Source of the DNA: Novakomyces olei
Taxonomy: Eukaryota
NCBI GenBank assembly: GCA_016906335.1
Contig: JADEYG010000004.1
Location: forward strand, 992,001 to 1,056,000
Length of the DNA stretch: 64,000 nucleotides
Direction: 5' to 3'
Below the pieces are notes generated by a model. The model made no database searches and was not told the origin of the DNA. It saw only the letters and a program-made list of their open reading frames with translations. The translations under genes and the position numbers were made by a program. The stretch's first letter is position 1, and each line of letters starts with the position of its first letter. Shown here one piece after another: positions 37,464 through 52,687 of this stretch.

Positions 37464-38750
37464 CTCGACGGATAAATAGGGAAACAAAAAAAGAAAGAAA
37501 AGAGAAAAGAAAAAAGAAAAAGAAAAGATTTAGTCTGCGAGACCAATTAAAAGAATTATTCCTTGTGCTAAAATAGAAAGCAAAAAAAAAGGATTCGATA
37601 GCTGTCCCGTTTATTGTTGAAATTGTTTAAACCATTTTATCTATAGTTTTCGTGCTTGTTCGCCATGAGCGAATGGTTTATTTCCGTCTTCCTGTTGGCC
37701 TGTTGACTGATAGGTTGGGGATAGAGCTTGCACTGGCGCCTGCCCTTGTTTAATTTAATATAAGATTCTGAAATATACACGTGTGTGTACATTTTATTAG
37801 CAAGATTCGTGTAACGAGTACCGATTCTATTTGTACAAGTGCTGCTTGCCTGTGTCCTAATGAAATTTAGATAAAGATGATTCTGGGCGGCAAAGTCGCT
37901 CGGCAATGTACCGAATGAACAAAACTTGCAGTATTTTTGAGCAGAGCAATCAGAATGCAAGGCAATTATGTGCGGCGGCTAAGCAATCTAGAATGCAAGA
38001 CAGTTGTGCGACGTACAAGTAAGGAAATGAAAAAATTATGTAATGTCTAAGCAATACTGTATGCAAACGTATTGGTAGATTACGATAAGCAGCAGAGCGG
38101 GCGGCGTATAAAATGGCGTATAAAATTTTCTATTGCGCATGATTATTCTTTGGCGTTCCGTGTGACCCTAAAGTAATGGAATTCTTATAGGCAAAGAAAT
38201 TAATTAAACAGCCCAATAGAGAAAAAAGTGGAAGAGGTCTATGAAAATTATGCAAATAGGAGCCCAATATAATTATAGGCATATTACCCTTCTTTGAAAA
38301 ACGCAACTATTTAGCGCGCGTGCGCAATAGAGACTCTTTTACTTTGGTGATCGGTTAGAGAAATCGTTGCGAGAGACGGGTTAGCAGTCAACAACTGTCT
38401 CGACCAAGTCTTTCTTTAATTTCCGTCTTTTAAAAAGGTGCTCTTGGATCTCTGCGTACTTATCAGGAAGCTTTTTGCAAACGTCTGCTGGTAAGCAAAG
38501 ATTAGGGTAAAACTGCTTACAATCAAAAGGCTATTCTGATATTGGATTCAGACGGGCGATTGGTACATTGTCTCGGCCTGACTTTATACAGAATCAGAGG
38601 TGCACGCGGCTCAACTGACGAGTCTTGAGACGAAACTTAAAGGAGAAAATAAGAAAAGAAAAATAAGAAAAGAAAAATATTTGTTAAAATTATCGGATTG
38701 CAGTCCTGTAAACTACAGCAAATTCAAACTTGACATAGTCAAAGCACGAT

Positions 38751-40013
38751 ATGGTGGCCAGTACAAAATTATACGATTCTCTGGGCGTTGATCCCGCTTG
38801 CTCAGACGCTGATTTGAAGCGCGCTTATCGTAAACTAGCTTTAAAGTATCATCCTGACAAGAACCCGAGCGCGGGGGAGCAGTTTAAGGAGATCTCACGG
38901 GCTTATGAAATCTTGTCGGACACGAATAAGCGTACAGTTTACGATCAGTATGGCGAAGAAGGCCTTGAAGGCGGTGCTGGAGGAATGGGCGGTATGGGTG
39001 GAATGGGTGCTGAAGACCTATTCTCTTCGTTCTTTGGAGGCTTTGGTGGTATGGGCGGAGCCGGTGGACCCGGAGCTGGAGGCCCGCGAGGTCCACGTCG
39101 GGGCAAGGACCTGGTTCATTCGCTCAAAGTCACTTTGGAAGACTTGTACAAGGGCAAAGTCACTAAACTCGCTCTGCAAAAGCATGTAATCTGCCCCAAG
39201 TGCGAAGGCCGTGGAGGCAAAGAAGGTGCAGTAAAGACCTGTGCGAGCTGCAACGGCCAGGGCATTAAGATTGTACGTCGCTCAATGGGCCCAATGATCC
39301 AGCAGTTCCAGACTACCTGCCCCGACTGTAATGGAGAAGGTGAGATTATTGACCCCAAGAATCGCTGCAAGGAGTGCAAGGGCAAAAAGATCATAACCGA
39401 GCGTAAAGTGCTCTCTGTGCACGTGGAGAAGGGCATGCAAGAAGGTCAAAAGATTACGTTCAAGGAGGAAGGAGACCAGGCTCCGGGAATTATCCCTGGT
39501 GATGTAGTCTTTGTCATTGAGCTGAAAGAACACGATCGTTTCCGTCGTCGCGGGGACGACCTGTTCCATGAAGCTCACATTGATTTACTCACAGCTCTGG
39601 CAGGTGGCAAATTTGCAGTACAGCATTTGGATGACCATTGGGTTTCCGTTGAAATTCCACCAGGCCAAGTAATCAAGCCAGGAACTACACGGGTTATTGA
39701 AGGACAGGGAATGCCTTCTCCCAGATTCCATGAGCCGGGCAACTTGTACGTTCGTTTTGTCGTTGATTTCCCCGACAGTATCGATGATCCGGCCAAGATT
39801 GAAATGCTTAACCAAGTCCTTCCGCCTCGTCCCGTTCCACAAATTCCTGCGGATGTAGTCGTTGATGATTGTGCCTTTGGTAGCATGGATCACATGCAAG
39901 AAGCTCGGGCAGAGGGAGCTGCACGGGGTGGAACTGTGCCGAATGGTATGAACGGGCTGGATGAGGATATGGAGGATGAAGGCCGTCCTGGAGTGCAATG
40001 TGCTCAGTCATAA
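38751..40013 (+). CDS. YDJ1: Type I Hsp40 co-chaperone Ydj1/Mas5
   Basis: J domain HPD, G/F-rich region, four CxxCxGxG-type repeats and C-terminal CAAX box CAQS. Confidence 0.97.
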   Translation: MVASTKLYDSLGVDPACSDADLKRAYRKLALKYHPDKNPSAGEQFKEISRAYEILSDTNKRTVYDQYGEEGLEGGAGGMGGMGGMGAEDLFSSFFGGFGGMGGAGGPGAGGPRGPRRGKDLVHSLKVTLEDLYKGKVTKLALQKHVICPKCEGRGGKEGAVKTCASCNGQGIKIVRRSMGPMIQQFQTTCPDCNGEGEIIDPKNRCKECKGKKIITERKVLSVHVEKGMQEGQKITFKEEGDQAPGIIPGDVVFVIELKEHDRFRRRGDDLFHEAHIDLLTALAGGKFAVQHLDDHWVSVEIPPGQVIKPGTTRVIEGQGMPSPRFHEPGNLYVRFVVDFPDSIDDPAKIEMLNQVLPPRPVPQIPADVVVDDCAFGSMDHMQEARAEGAARGGTVPNGMNGLDEDMEDEGRPGVQCAQS

Positions 40014-40775
40014 GAGAATACACTGTTTTAAAACCGTTTTTATTGTCAACGTCTTGATGTCAATGATATCTGATTACACTTGATTACATCCGATTTTCGA
40101 TTATATTTTTATTATATTTTTTCTGATTATTACTGCTTTTGTTATTGTTTCCCGCCTGTGTGAACTGGTTTATTTTTCTTATTTTTAGTTTTAGCATAGC
40201 TTCCGTGAGACGCATGGTAGAGCCATGAGGAATCGTTGATCGGACTAAGACAGAGTTTACTCGAAACATCACGTATTTGCGAAAACTCTAGTAAAGTGCT
40301 AAAGTACACTTGCTCTGTGTTGTAACCGTAGAGTATATTATCCCGATTTACTGTATTTATTACGCAAAAAAAAATAATAGAGTAGTGTGTGCACCTTTTA
40401 TAAATGTCGTACGGTAATGCGTGTATTATTCATATATTTAATCTAATATATTGATTAATCCGTGAAACCAACGCCATAATTATTATTGCAATAATTATAA
40501 TTGTCAATAATTAATTTATATTAATTAACCAATGAGTCAAATAAGAATAAAAAGTATATTAAATAACAATAATAATACACTGCAAAACAGCAGCTGGCAT
40601 ATATAAATATATGCGTCCATTGTGTGCTTTATAGCAATCAAAGCACGACGAGCCGCTAAAGAACCGGTCAGTTTTCTGATTCCAGAGTCTTTGGGTCGAA
40701 TGCGCCAATTTTTTTCTATGTGGATAAATTTTTCTTTATTAAATTGGACGGGTGTACGCGTTCCTGAGCCGAACA

Positions 40776-43700
40776 ATGCTGCGTGCCCGTCATTGGGCCT
40801 CTGCCAGTAAAGGCAGCTGTCTTTTACGGCCCACAATTTCAATGTGTTTATTATATGCTCCAGTATGTTTAGGGATGCAAAGGCACCGGGTAACAGCGAC
40901 GCTTAAACGACTTGAACTGCCTCCAAAATTAAAGGGGAGAAAGTCTAATGCAAAGTCAAACCCCGAGCAAAACTGTGGTCCAGAGAGAGCAGGAAGCGAT
41001 TCTTTGCCCATACAGGACTCTAATTTCAGCCCGACAAACGTGAAATTATCCAGAAAAAAATCTCAAAACTTAGACTCGCAAATTGCAGAGACTAGCGTCT
41101 CTGCACTCGGTATTTCAGAGCCCAAAGACGCACAAAGTGCTTCACTTGCCTCTGACTTGAACTCTACAATTGAAAGCAAAACTGCTAGTGACGAGGATAA
41201 AATCTCTATAGAATTATCTGACGCAGATTCCTCTCAGTCGGATGGCGAACTCGCGGACGGGATAGGCGAGAGTCGGTACACGGAACTGTTGGAGCAAGTG
41301 CAGCAAAACTCAAGGGCCCACCCTGACTGTGTATTGCTCACGCAAGTCGGAGGATTCTGGGAGCTTTACTTTGAGACTGCCGAGCAGGTTGGACCTTTGT
41401 TGGGGCTGCGAATAGCGCAGAGAAGGACGCGTTCTGCTCAGGGCAAAACCGTTGCCATGTCAGGGTTTCCTCTGTACCAATTGGAGCGTTATTTGCGCAT
41501 TCTTGTCAATGACCTTGGCCGTAAAGTTGCACTGGCAGAGCAGATTCCAGCTGCTTTTGGCTCTTCAAACAACGAGTTTATACGTAGAGTAACACGGATT
41601 GTTACTCCGGGGACGCTGATTGACGAAAGGCTATTGGACCCATTACAGCATAATTACCTGGCTGCTATTCACATAGAACCAGCTGCTCTTGCTGACTCTA
41701 GTTCTAGTTCTAGTTCTAGTTCTGAACCTGTTGCTACTGTTGGAGTCGCCTGGTGCGAAATCGCCTCTGGAGAATTGTGTACAATGCTGACAGACACAGA
41801 TGGACTGCCTGGACTGCTTGCAAGATTAGCGCCGCGTGAAGTTTTAATAGATCACGATGCAGATATTGAGGCTCTACACGGACTGCATCACCACCGAGCC
41901 TTTACCGATTTCAAACGGTTTTTAAAGCCAAACTCTGAAAAGGAGTTTGATAAAGAGTCATCTCTGCAGTCTGATATTCAACCTGATAATGAGTTTGATT
42001 CTCAATCTGATAAAGAATCAACGTTACAAAGTTTTTACGCTGATTGGAGCAATTGGTCCGGCTTGTTTGAATCGCAAAAGGCTCCCAGTTGTGAAGGATT
42101 TGCCAATGCAGAACGGACTGCTTGCTCAGCGTTACTAGAATACGTTTCTTCTCGTTTGTTGGACACTTTCCCCGGCCTTCAAGCCCCTCAACGTGTAAGG
42201 CCTCAGGCCAGTGTTCGTATGGATAAAAGCACTCTTCGTGCTCTGGAAATTTGTACAAATATGCGTGATGGAGGAGTGAGAGGCACTCTGCTCTCTGCCG
42301 TAAGAAGAACAGTTACTAAAAGTGGGGCCCGTGCTTTAGCCGATGCACTAGTTGCTCCACTGACTGATAGAGCAGAAATTGAAAATAGATTGCAATTAGT
42401 TCAGTTTTTTGTTGATCAGCCTTTGCTTAGAGACTCGGTACGAAGGCAGTTACGTCGCTGTGCAGATATGCCACGGCTTTTACAGCGGTTTGCTATGGCG
42501 AGAGCCACGGGTGATGATTTAATCGCTTTAGCAAGAACAATCGAGTCCCAGCAGGTGTTGCAGGATCTGCTGAAGCAAAACAATATGGGAAATATAGGCA
42601 GTGAAACGAGCCAGTTTGAAGAGGCCGCTACCACCCTGGCTAAACGTATACGTAATGCTGTAGACGAGACGAGTCTCATGAGACAGCATCGGTTGGAGCA
42701 ATCAGCATTGACCGAGGCGCTTTCAATGGCAGCCGAAGCTGATCCTACAATGCCTCTTTCAATGGAGGCACAAAGAGCAATAGAGAAACGAGTACCCAAC
42801 CGGTCATTCGAAGAGATTTGGGTCATGAGGCCAACGTAGGTTGAGTGCAGAAAATTGAAATACAAATAATATATAAATAAAATATTTATTCATATATTTG
42901 TATATTTGATATCTTTCTTTTATTTTTTATTTTTTGCTTTCTTTTGTTACTAACTCTAGTGCATCACCACTGCTGCAGGAACTACATGCCCGACTGCAGG
43001 AAGCATATGATAAAAAATCCCAACTTTTGCATACACTCGCCAGCAATTTATCTGTCGGTCCTCGTGATATAAGTCTCCGATCCCGGCCGGGCCTTGGCCA
43101 TTTCGTGCACGTTCGCGCTCGGAAACTCGGAGACTTGTCTCGAATAGCCGATGAGGGTGCAGTAGTAGGCTCAAGCAAGCATACACGGTCCTTTATCCAG
43201 CCAGAATGGGCTTCTCTTGGAGCCGGAATCCAGCAAATTGTACAGGAAATCCGAGACCAGGAGTCACGTACTTTTGCTCGGCTGCGTAATGCTGTAGTCG
43301 CAAAGCTGGCAAGGCTGCGTAGAGGCGCACGATGGCTAGATTCGCTTGATGTTGCTTCTGGGCTGGCGGCATTGGCAGCGGAGCAGAACCTTGTAAGGCC
43401 AGAGCTGGCAGACGAAGGCATTCACGATGTAGAAAATGGTCGACATCCAATAGTGGAAGCGGCCTTGCGTTGTCGTAATCAGGCCTTTGTCCCAAACGAT
43501 TGTTTGCTGACAAAAAGCACCAATGTATGGCTGGTAACTGGCCCCAATATGGGAGGCAAAAGCACTTTTCTCCGTCAAAATGCCCTTTTTTCTGTGCTGG
43601 CTCAGGCAGGATCCTTTGTCCCGGCAAGTAGAGCTCGTTTGGGTATTGTAGACGGTATTTATAGTCGTATTGGATCCGGGGACAACTTGTCCGGGAATGA

Positions 43701-44100
43701 GTCGACTTTTATGGTGGAAATGATGGAGACTGCTCATATACTGAGGCAGGCAACCCCGAACTCGCTGGTTATAGTAGATGAAGTTGGCCGGGGCACAACT
43801 ACAGCTGACGGAGTAGCTCTGGCCTTTGCCTGCCTTTATCATTTGCACTTTGTTAATGGGTCGCGTACACTTTTTGCTACCCACTTCCATGAACTGGCAG
43901 GCATGGCCTCACAGTTTAAAGGGTGTAAATTTTACTGCACTGGTCTGGCTGAGCAGCCTGATGGCAGCTTCCATTTCATACACCGACTCACGCCGGGCGT
44001 TTGTGAGTTTAGCCACGGATTAAAAATTGCTCAATTAGCAGGAATGCCGGCCGCGGCCCTGCGTGTTGCACGGGAGAAGTATACAGAGCTGGTTTACTAG
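40776..44100 (+). CDS. MSH1: Mitochondrial MutS homolog
   Basis: Arg/Ser-rich presequence-like start, LTQVGGFWELYFE, VAMSGFP, RIVTPGTLIDE, TGPNMGGKSTFLRQNA, STFMVEM, DEVGRGT and FATHFHEL. Intron 42836-42959. Confidence 0.93.
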
Positions 44101-44345
44101 CGGAAAAAATTAGAGAAACGATAAATAAACGCAAAAGAAAACGCAAAAGAGGGAGAGCAAAAGGGTTCAAGCGAGTCGGTTGAATGATTCAAATTGATTC
44201 AGATTAATTCAAATTGATTCAAATTGATTGTATGACTGTAAAAAATGGGACGAATCAAACTAGCGTCATTTGAAGATGTGCAGAGACAAAAGAAATAATA
44301 AATACACTGAGAGCCGGAGACTGGAGCTGTCTATAGTATATTATA

Positions 44346-44362
44346 TTAGGGTTAGGGTTAGG
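44346..44362 (+). promoter_or_regulatory. Interstitial telomere-like motif TTAGGGTTAGGGTTAGG upstream of FCY1 (longest of seven intergenic copies)
   Basis: Directly visible. Related copies at 5428, 21331, 27142, 28814, 35551 and 61732. Confidence 0.65.
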
Positions 44363-44454
44363 TTTTATCTTATCGTGCATAGTTATTCAAGCAATCGATC
44401 AAGGCTGATATAATCGTTAGTCTGACACTGATGATATAATCAATAAACAAAGAC

Positions 44455-45400
<946 letters not shown>

Positions 45401-45707
45401 AATCACTGCTGTCTACCACCAATATACACACTTCTTTACTACAAATCGACTAGACGTTCATTGAGATTTGTTAACCGCGACCGTAATTTCGTTAGACTCG
45501 CATTGGTTTAGTCGGGCAGGCATCGGCTGGAGCGATGATGTCGTCTACGAATTTGTCTGATGAAATATGAGCCTTCATATTATATATTTAGTGTTCATAT
45601 TATTTCTTTACTTTCATATTATATATTTATTATTCAGATATATATTGATATTATATTATATACACTTCCCAAATGGCAAAGATCCAATTCTTCCTTCATT
45701 TCTCATT

Positions 45708-47830
45708 CTATTTTCCTGATCCCGGCAGCCCGGTAGCCCGCGGGTTCCGTTTTATTTGAGAGTAAACTCCGCTCTGGAACCATTTGTCGTTGGCCTCTTT
45801 GACCCGTTGAGCATTGAGTGAAGGGTTTATAAGCTCTAAGCCTTGCACCGGCGTAAAAGCCAGTGAACTGGCTAACCCGCTGGTCTGTGTCCCATTTATC
45901 GTACTTTTATCCCCGGGCAAAGGCCGAGAGGCCATTTGCTGAAGCTGCGCCTTCCGGCCTTTATTAAGCTTTAATTTGGTACGCGCATCAGCAGTAGCCG
46001 CCCGAACACCGAGACCGGCTCCGGAGCCAAGACCAGAAGAATCTTTTTGCCCTAATAACCCGAGACCCTCCGTTTCATCTCCGAAGCCGACTTCCTCTTC
46101 CTGTTTGCCAAAGGCCATTCGATTTTGTAATTTTCTCAATTCTGTCATTGCGTATTGGCCTCGCATACGCTGCACCTTTCGTCCGGCTCTGTGCTTTTTT
46201 GGTTTTTCGTCCGGAACGGGAAGCGCTTTCACTGCGTTTTGAGACGGTGGTTCAACCAACACAGCAATTCTATGCTCAATTTGTGACCTGAGCTTTTTGC
46301 CCATTCCACCTGTAATTAGCAAATATAATATTAATATTAAATATAAATATAAAAGACATCATATATAAATAATTCTAATCATATATAAATAGTAATAATA
46401 CGAGAACGTCTACCATCCTTGCTCTCGTGTACTAGATCAACTCTTGCTGCCAGCGTGAGTTTCCCTGCTACTACTCGTTGTGCCTGGATCCTAAAGGCAG
46501 GAGGCACTTTTTGTATAATCTCTGTATGGTACAAAAAGCCTTGATTTCTTACGCTCGCTCCAGAAGCAAGTCCGATTTGTGACTGCCGTTTGGCTCCGAG
46601 AGCGGGTAAATTGCAGGCCGGCGTTTTGCTCAACCCCTGAAGGCCGCCAGCAACTCCGATCAAACTCGCCGACGCATGAGTCCCGACGATAGCAGAGACA
46701 TTTGGCGCGATTATATTAATGCGCGACTGAACAAAGTCGAGAATCTTGAATTAGTATGCAGTCATACACAGGATTATAGGAAAAAGATATACATGTAAAT
46801 AAGTAAATAAACAAAAAATAAATAAAAAAGTACGTTTATATTTTGCTATCCTTTGCTCATACCTCTTTTCGAGCAGCCTGTAATTCAAAGATCAAGTCAC
46901 ACGCTTCGTAAACCGCTTGAAGCTCTGCCATCGGCAATTCTTTTCCTTTGCTGTCGCTGGCAGACACAGTCACAACCATAACAGTCGCCGATGGTAAGAA
47001 TCCAAGTTGCGATTTAGTAAGGTCCTTTTATTAGTAAATGCTTTAGACCAAGACAATATAAAACTTGAAATAAGCAGGGAGTATTGTAACCACAAAAAAA
47101 AAAAAATAGAAACCTCAAATTAATTTCTGACGAGAAAAGGGCAAATTAAATAGAGGGCAGCTGGTCAGATAGCAAAGCAAAATAAAGGACTCTTGACAGA
47201 TAGTTGCAAACTGCGTATTTATATAATATTCAATAATACTCTTATTAATGAGCAGCAGTCCATAAGAATTGAATAAAAGTCTAACAACAAGAGTAATAAT
47301 TAAACAAACTACCGAGCACATACCATATCATTGCCAATAGCCTTTACGGTCTGAGCATAGTCAAACGGGTTAACGACCAAACCTTCGAGCTCTGGGAACC
47401 GTTTGTTATAATGATCACGAATGTACTTGTAAACCAGACGCATTTCATCGTCAATATCCACAGCCAGCCGATTGGATTCCACAATCAATCGGTACTCTGC
47501 ATTGTCCTCGATGCTTTCGCCCTCGTTTTCTTGAAATTTATCGATTTTGTTACTGCTTAAACTTCGCATACTCGTGAGCACTCTCTGTAAGCTCTCTGAG
47601 CGCATAAGCGGCGCTACTTCAAAGACGCTTGCGATCTCGTCAAAGTGTAGTTTTTGTCGTTGCTTTGCTTGATCGTTTTCCTCCTCGTTTTCGACCTGCA
47701 TTTCGTCTTGCGCGGAAGCATTTGCAGCTCCATAATCGCCCTCATGATTTGCGTCTTGCGCTCCTTGATTTACGTCATTGTCCTGTAAATCAGCCTCGAA
47801 ATCGGCGGCCAACTCGTCAGCGAGCGACAT
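45708..47830 (-). CDS. PRP31: U4/U6.U5 tri-snRNP protein Prp31
   Basis: MSLADELAAD, EYRLIVESN, YIRDHYNKRFPELE, IAPNVSAIVG, KTPACNLPALG, TELRKLQNRMAFG and SSLAFTPVQGLEL. Three introns. Confidence 0.96.
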
Positions 47831-48087
47831 TGTCAATGTGGGAAGGGACGGCGACGATTTTGTCGTATTATTTATATTATAATTGGGCTATCTCCATTTA
47901 ATTATATAACGAATTTTATATTGGAATACATGATTTACAGAATCTAGATAAGTATGCGTCATTCATAAATTCAGTACGAAAATAATAAATTCGTTATAAA
48001 ATTAATAAATTCAGTTTAAAAATAATAAAATCGATACGAAAATAATAAATTTTTATTTCGCCTGTCGAGCATATTGCTTCACGCAAA

Positions 48088-49142
48088 ATGAGACAGAAAC
48101 GGACAAAGACGTACAAAAAGCTATTGCACCTTTATCGCACAGTCTTTGGGTTCCGTGAACCGTACCAAGTTCTGCGTAAGTAAAATTAATTTTTGAGATA
48201 CAGCAAAAGCTCACCGGCAAGTGGACGCGGATCTTATTGAAACAGCAGTACAATGCAATATGGACCTTACAGCAGCGCTGGAACGAACATTATTGGGCAA
48301 AGTCAAGCCGAGTAAGTTTACCTTTTTGTCTAGTCCGCGTTTTTGAATGATGCTTTCACTGTTTGATACTCTACCGACTGAGGCTCTCGTGCTATTTGTT
48401 GATTTGCTATGGAATTGCTGTCGTTATGATGATTTGAATATTGATGATCCGATCAAAAGTTTAATTAATTTACTTATTTTTTTTATTTTATCTGTCATGC
48501 CCTTCTAACAAATTAGTGATCTCACAGTGCTGTATTACGGCTCTTTACAACAAAGGAAAAGCAGCATCTCGAGAAATTGCGGTAGCAAAGCAATTAGAAC
48601 GCCGTCGGTGTAATCATTTTGGTGATCCACGGCCGCAAAATGAGTGTATTCTTTCCTGCATTGGAACAAGCAATCAGCACCGATACGTTATAGCATCACA
48701 GGACGCCGATTTAAGAGCAAAACTACGAAATATTGCTGGAACGCCTCTTATATACATTAAAAGATCCGTTGTGATTTTAGAGCCAGCGTCTTCAAAGACA
48801 CTCGCCGTCAAACGTGCTCAAGAATTACAAAAGCTCGGAGTTAGCACGGCGGAACGGTCGATTTTGGACGGGAAAAAAAGGAAAAGATCTCATAATGATC
48901 TTGGGGAAGAAGACGACGAGGAACAAGACATCGATGGCGCAAAACCCGACGGTGATAAAGATGAACATTCGTCAAATATTAAACGGACACGAGGACCAAA
49001 AGGCCCGAATCCGCTTAGTGTAAAGAAATCAAGCAAAGCCGAAAAGAATGCCGATGCAGCACGTGAAAATACTGTGCGGAAAAAGCGTCGACGGAAGCAC
49101 AAGACTGTGCAAAAGGAGCCTGGTGCGGCAACTGATAATTAG
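48088..49142 (+). CDS. UTP23: rRNA-processing PIN-domain protein Utp23
   Basis: MRQKRTKTYKK..FGFREPYQVL, ISQCCI..LY, ERRRCNH, NQHRYVIASQD and KGPNPLSVKK. Two introns. Confidence 0.95.
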
Positions 49143-49323
49143 AATATTTAAAAATAGTAATAAAAGGTTAATCGGCGATAATTTTCGGGCAAAGGTAGGA
49201 GCAGTATTCTATTCTATCCAATCTAATATAATTTTATATCTTTATCATTACAATGTTCTTTTCTGCTTTTTTTATTAAGGCTTTTTTTACAATTCATAAA
49301 CATACCTGTTTCAATTATACATG

Positions 49324-52300
49324 TCACTTTAAAAACACTTTGAGCGATTGCACTTCGAACGGTTTAATCGTTATCGGAATCTCGTAAACTCCGTTCTCGT
49401 ATTTTGTAACGGAAACCGTGCTGCCTTCGTCCTCCAAGATATTACATTGTACGGCTTTAATCACAGGCATAGACCTGTTCGTTAGATTTTGTAACAAAAT
49501 TATATTAAATTGGACATAATGAAAAAAAGTGAATAAAATATTTAATCATTCATTGAGTTCATTGAATTCTCTTTCAAGTTAAAGTAACTTACGTCCTCAA
49601 ACCTGTCCTTGTTTTACCACCGTACGCTTCATATAAGCGTATAATAACAGCTCCCTTGTTGTCTTGTGCCAATTTAATTGTATCAACAATGACATTGTTG
49701 TGCTTGGTATAGACAAGAGGCCGATTTAATTGATATTTTCTGGGAAATTTTCGGCCGTCTTCCTTCTCAACTGGATGATTAAACTCTCGAGCTTGTTGAA
49801 CGATCCGTGACTGTGTTAAATGGCCCTTGTGAGGTACTATAGCGTATCGGAAAAAGTGATGCCCCATATCGGCTTCTTCATCCGGAGCCTTCGGAGCTCG
49901 GAGTAAACTTAAACGCATTGTATTTCCGATACAAGAGAAACCATATTTGCTATCGTTTAGAATGCTAACGCCGAAATTAAATTCGGACAAGTCAGCATAT
50001 CGGTGGTTAATTACCTCGAATTTAGCCTGGTCCCATGAAGTATTAAAATGAGTAGCTCGTTTCGTAAAGCCGAACTGTGTTTCGTAGTTTGCAGTGTCGC
50101 TGTGCACGTCCACGGGGAATTCGGCTTTAAGGAACCGGTCACGTTCGTGCCAGTCTACGCTGCATTCAAATTCAACTTGGGGATGGGGCAACTCGGCGTT
50201 AAGTTCAACGTTAGTCTCGGCGTTAACTGCCTTTAATATCGTCAAAACAGTGATAGAGCTTTTTACGCCAATACGGTAGACTGTCTCTACAGACACACGG
50301 AGCGGGCCGCTGTCCACGATGCGCACGGAGCTCGGAGTCAAGGGCTCACGCTTTTCAAGATGGAAAAGCTCAACATCCCAGGCCTGCCAGTTAAGCGGTT
50401 GATCTTCGAAAATAACAAGTTTGTTGATTGTCCCAGCAGCAACCTGCCGCTGGTTATTATTGTCGAAAAGACTGACAATTTCGCCATTGTGCATTTCAAT
50501 TTTTAAAGCACTGTTTCCCATTATGATTCGGTCTCTACTTGAATGGATATAGCATTCGGCATCGGCGTTATGACTACCGGAGTTTACATAATCCAGACTC
50601 GGATTCATCGGCCAGGGCATGAAATTAACAAAAGAAACCTGATCTTCTCCCGCTTTGTTTTCCGCCAAAAGGTCGAGTAAGTCTGCTCGCAGTTTTATTA
50701 GGGTATTTGCACATTTTTCCTCAATTGCTACTGCGTCCTCGTACACCATCCTTATCGCAGATCCTGGAAGAACATCATGAAATTGGCAGAGTAGCACATC
50801 ATGCCAAACAGCGTCCAGACTCTTTGCCTCAAATCCCTTATCTCCGTCGCCATTACCGCTCTTTTTATTATTTAAATGTACTGTGCAAAGAACATTTAAC
50901 AGTTCTACTTCGTTCAATAAACGCTCATTAAGCCGATTCAACTTTTTCATTGCCGCCTGAGTTGTGTAACAGCCTCGGTGCAGCTCCAAGTACAATTCTC
51001 CTATCCAATTTTTCAGATTTTTACCGCCCTCCGTCTCGGCTTCCACCAATCGGTAAAAGGCATCTACGGACTCGGCGATAGTCGTCCGAGGAAGAGCAGA
51101 TTCAACTGTATCAGCGGCCCCCCGACACCGCCTCAGCTTTTCCAGCATTTCGGTGTTAGGACCTCCTCCACCATCACCGTTACCAAATACTAAAAGAGAA
51201 CGTTTTGATTCTCCTAGGTTTTTATGATTAAACGCCGAGCGCAGCACATCTCCGACATTTGCTTGAGCATCATAGGCATTTGCTGGAGCCATATGAGTCA
51301 ATATCTGTGACCCATCAAGTCCGATCCAATTAAATGTTGAATGAGGAAACTCATTTATGTTATTCCAGCTCAGTTTCTGAGTGAAAAAGTACTTTAAGTC
51401 CGAAAGCCGAGCAATTTGCGGCATTTGCGAAGAGTAACCAAAAGTATCTGGCAGCCAAAAGACTTGGCTTCGTTGTCCAAAATACTGTTGGAAAAATCTT
51501 TGTCCGTATAGAAATTGCCGCACAAGTGATTCTCCGCTGGGAAGGTTTGTGTCCATTTCCACCCATGTTCCTCCGATCGGTTGAAACTGTCCGGCTCGGA
51601 CTTTAGCACGGAGCCGCTGAAACAATTCGGGATAGTACTCATTCAACCAATAAAACTGCTGTGCTTGAGAACAGCAAAATCTGTGTTCAGGATACCGGTC
51701 CATTAAATATATTTGCGAGGACCATGACCGTGCAATTTTACGCTTTGTTTCTGCAAAAGGCCAAAGCCAGGCTGTATCAATATGACAATGTCCAATACCG
51801 AAAACCTGCACAACCCTTTTTGATTTACTTTTATCCGAGTCTTCGTAAACCCGATGACTATCCCGATAACGGCCGAGAAACTTGTCCGCCAGTGCTCGGC
51901 ATTCGGCGATAGAGCTCGAATCGTTTCTACGAAAAGTGTTCATTATCTCTGTACACACTTCAAGGGCCAAATGCTGCTGCCAATTGCGCTCGTCCAGCTC
52001 ACGAGCACAGTCCGAGATTACCCAAAAATCGTAATACAATTGCAAAGCAGCCACGTTCGGACTCGTCAAATCCGCCAGTGAAAGCCGAAAGCGCCGATTC
52101 GGGTCCGGTGGATTTATAGTGCTCCCATTACCGACTCCAAACATCCCATTCATAGCAGCTTCAATATAAAAATCGTGCCATTCACCGTCGTCAACCCAGC
52201 TTTGAGGCAAAACGTACTCGACTCGGCGATCAACGCCATTACCGCCGACAAGTCCGTGTATCGCCGTTCCGTCTGCGGAGTAAACTAAACCCTCACCGCC

Positions 52301-52687
52301 TGCATCAAACTCAAACTGAACTCTCGGCTCTTGCCGCATTCGCTCCGGCACTCGGACGCTGACACGGAACCAGTGAGTGCTCCAACTCGGCCCAAATTCC
52401 TGGCCTTTAGCCGTCTCACGGTATTCGGCGTTAACGGCTTCTGCGAACGGGGGCCGATCAAGTCCGGGCACGGAGTAAACTGCCAGCCGGACTGCATTAT
52501 CGCTGTCTTGCGCTCGGGTATTGTACATCATTGAGAGTAGATTTTCCGAGCTGTATGCACCCTCACCATAAAACTGACGGAGCCTTGAAAGGGCAAGATT
52601 ACGGATCTGCTTGCCCCGGGGCTCATAGTTGTAGCGCGCATAACTTTCTTCAGGACTTTTGGCTCTTGAAAATGACCAGAAAGACAT
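49324..52687 (-). CDS. AMS1: Cytosolic/vacuolar alpha-mannosidase, GH38
   Basis: GHCHIDTAWLWP, FWLPDTFGYS, TQKLSWN, GDGGGGP, QFHDVLPGS and TSWDQAKFEV. One 3' intron; last exon ends PFEVQSLKVFLK*. Confidence 0.96.

Noticed and set aside
40776-44100. Bacterial mutS acquisition
   Set aside because: A spliceosomal intron, a presequence-like N-terminus and Msh1-type motifs indicate native MSH1.
48346-48381. C/D snoRNA in UTP23 intron 2
   Set aside because: Imperfect box C and CTGA only about 25 nt apart, with no terminal stem or rRNA guide.
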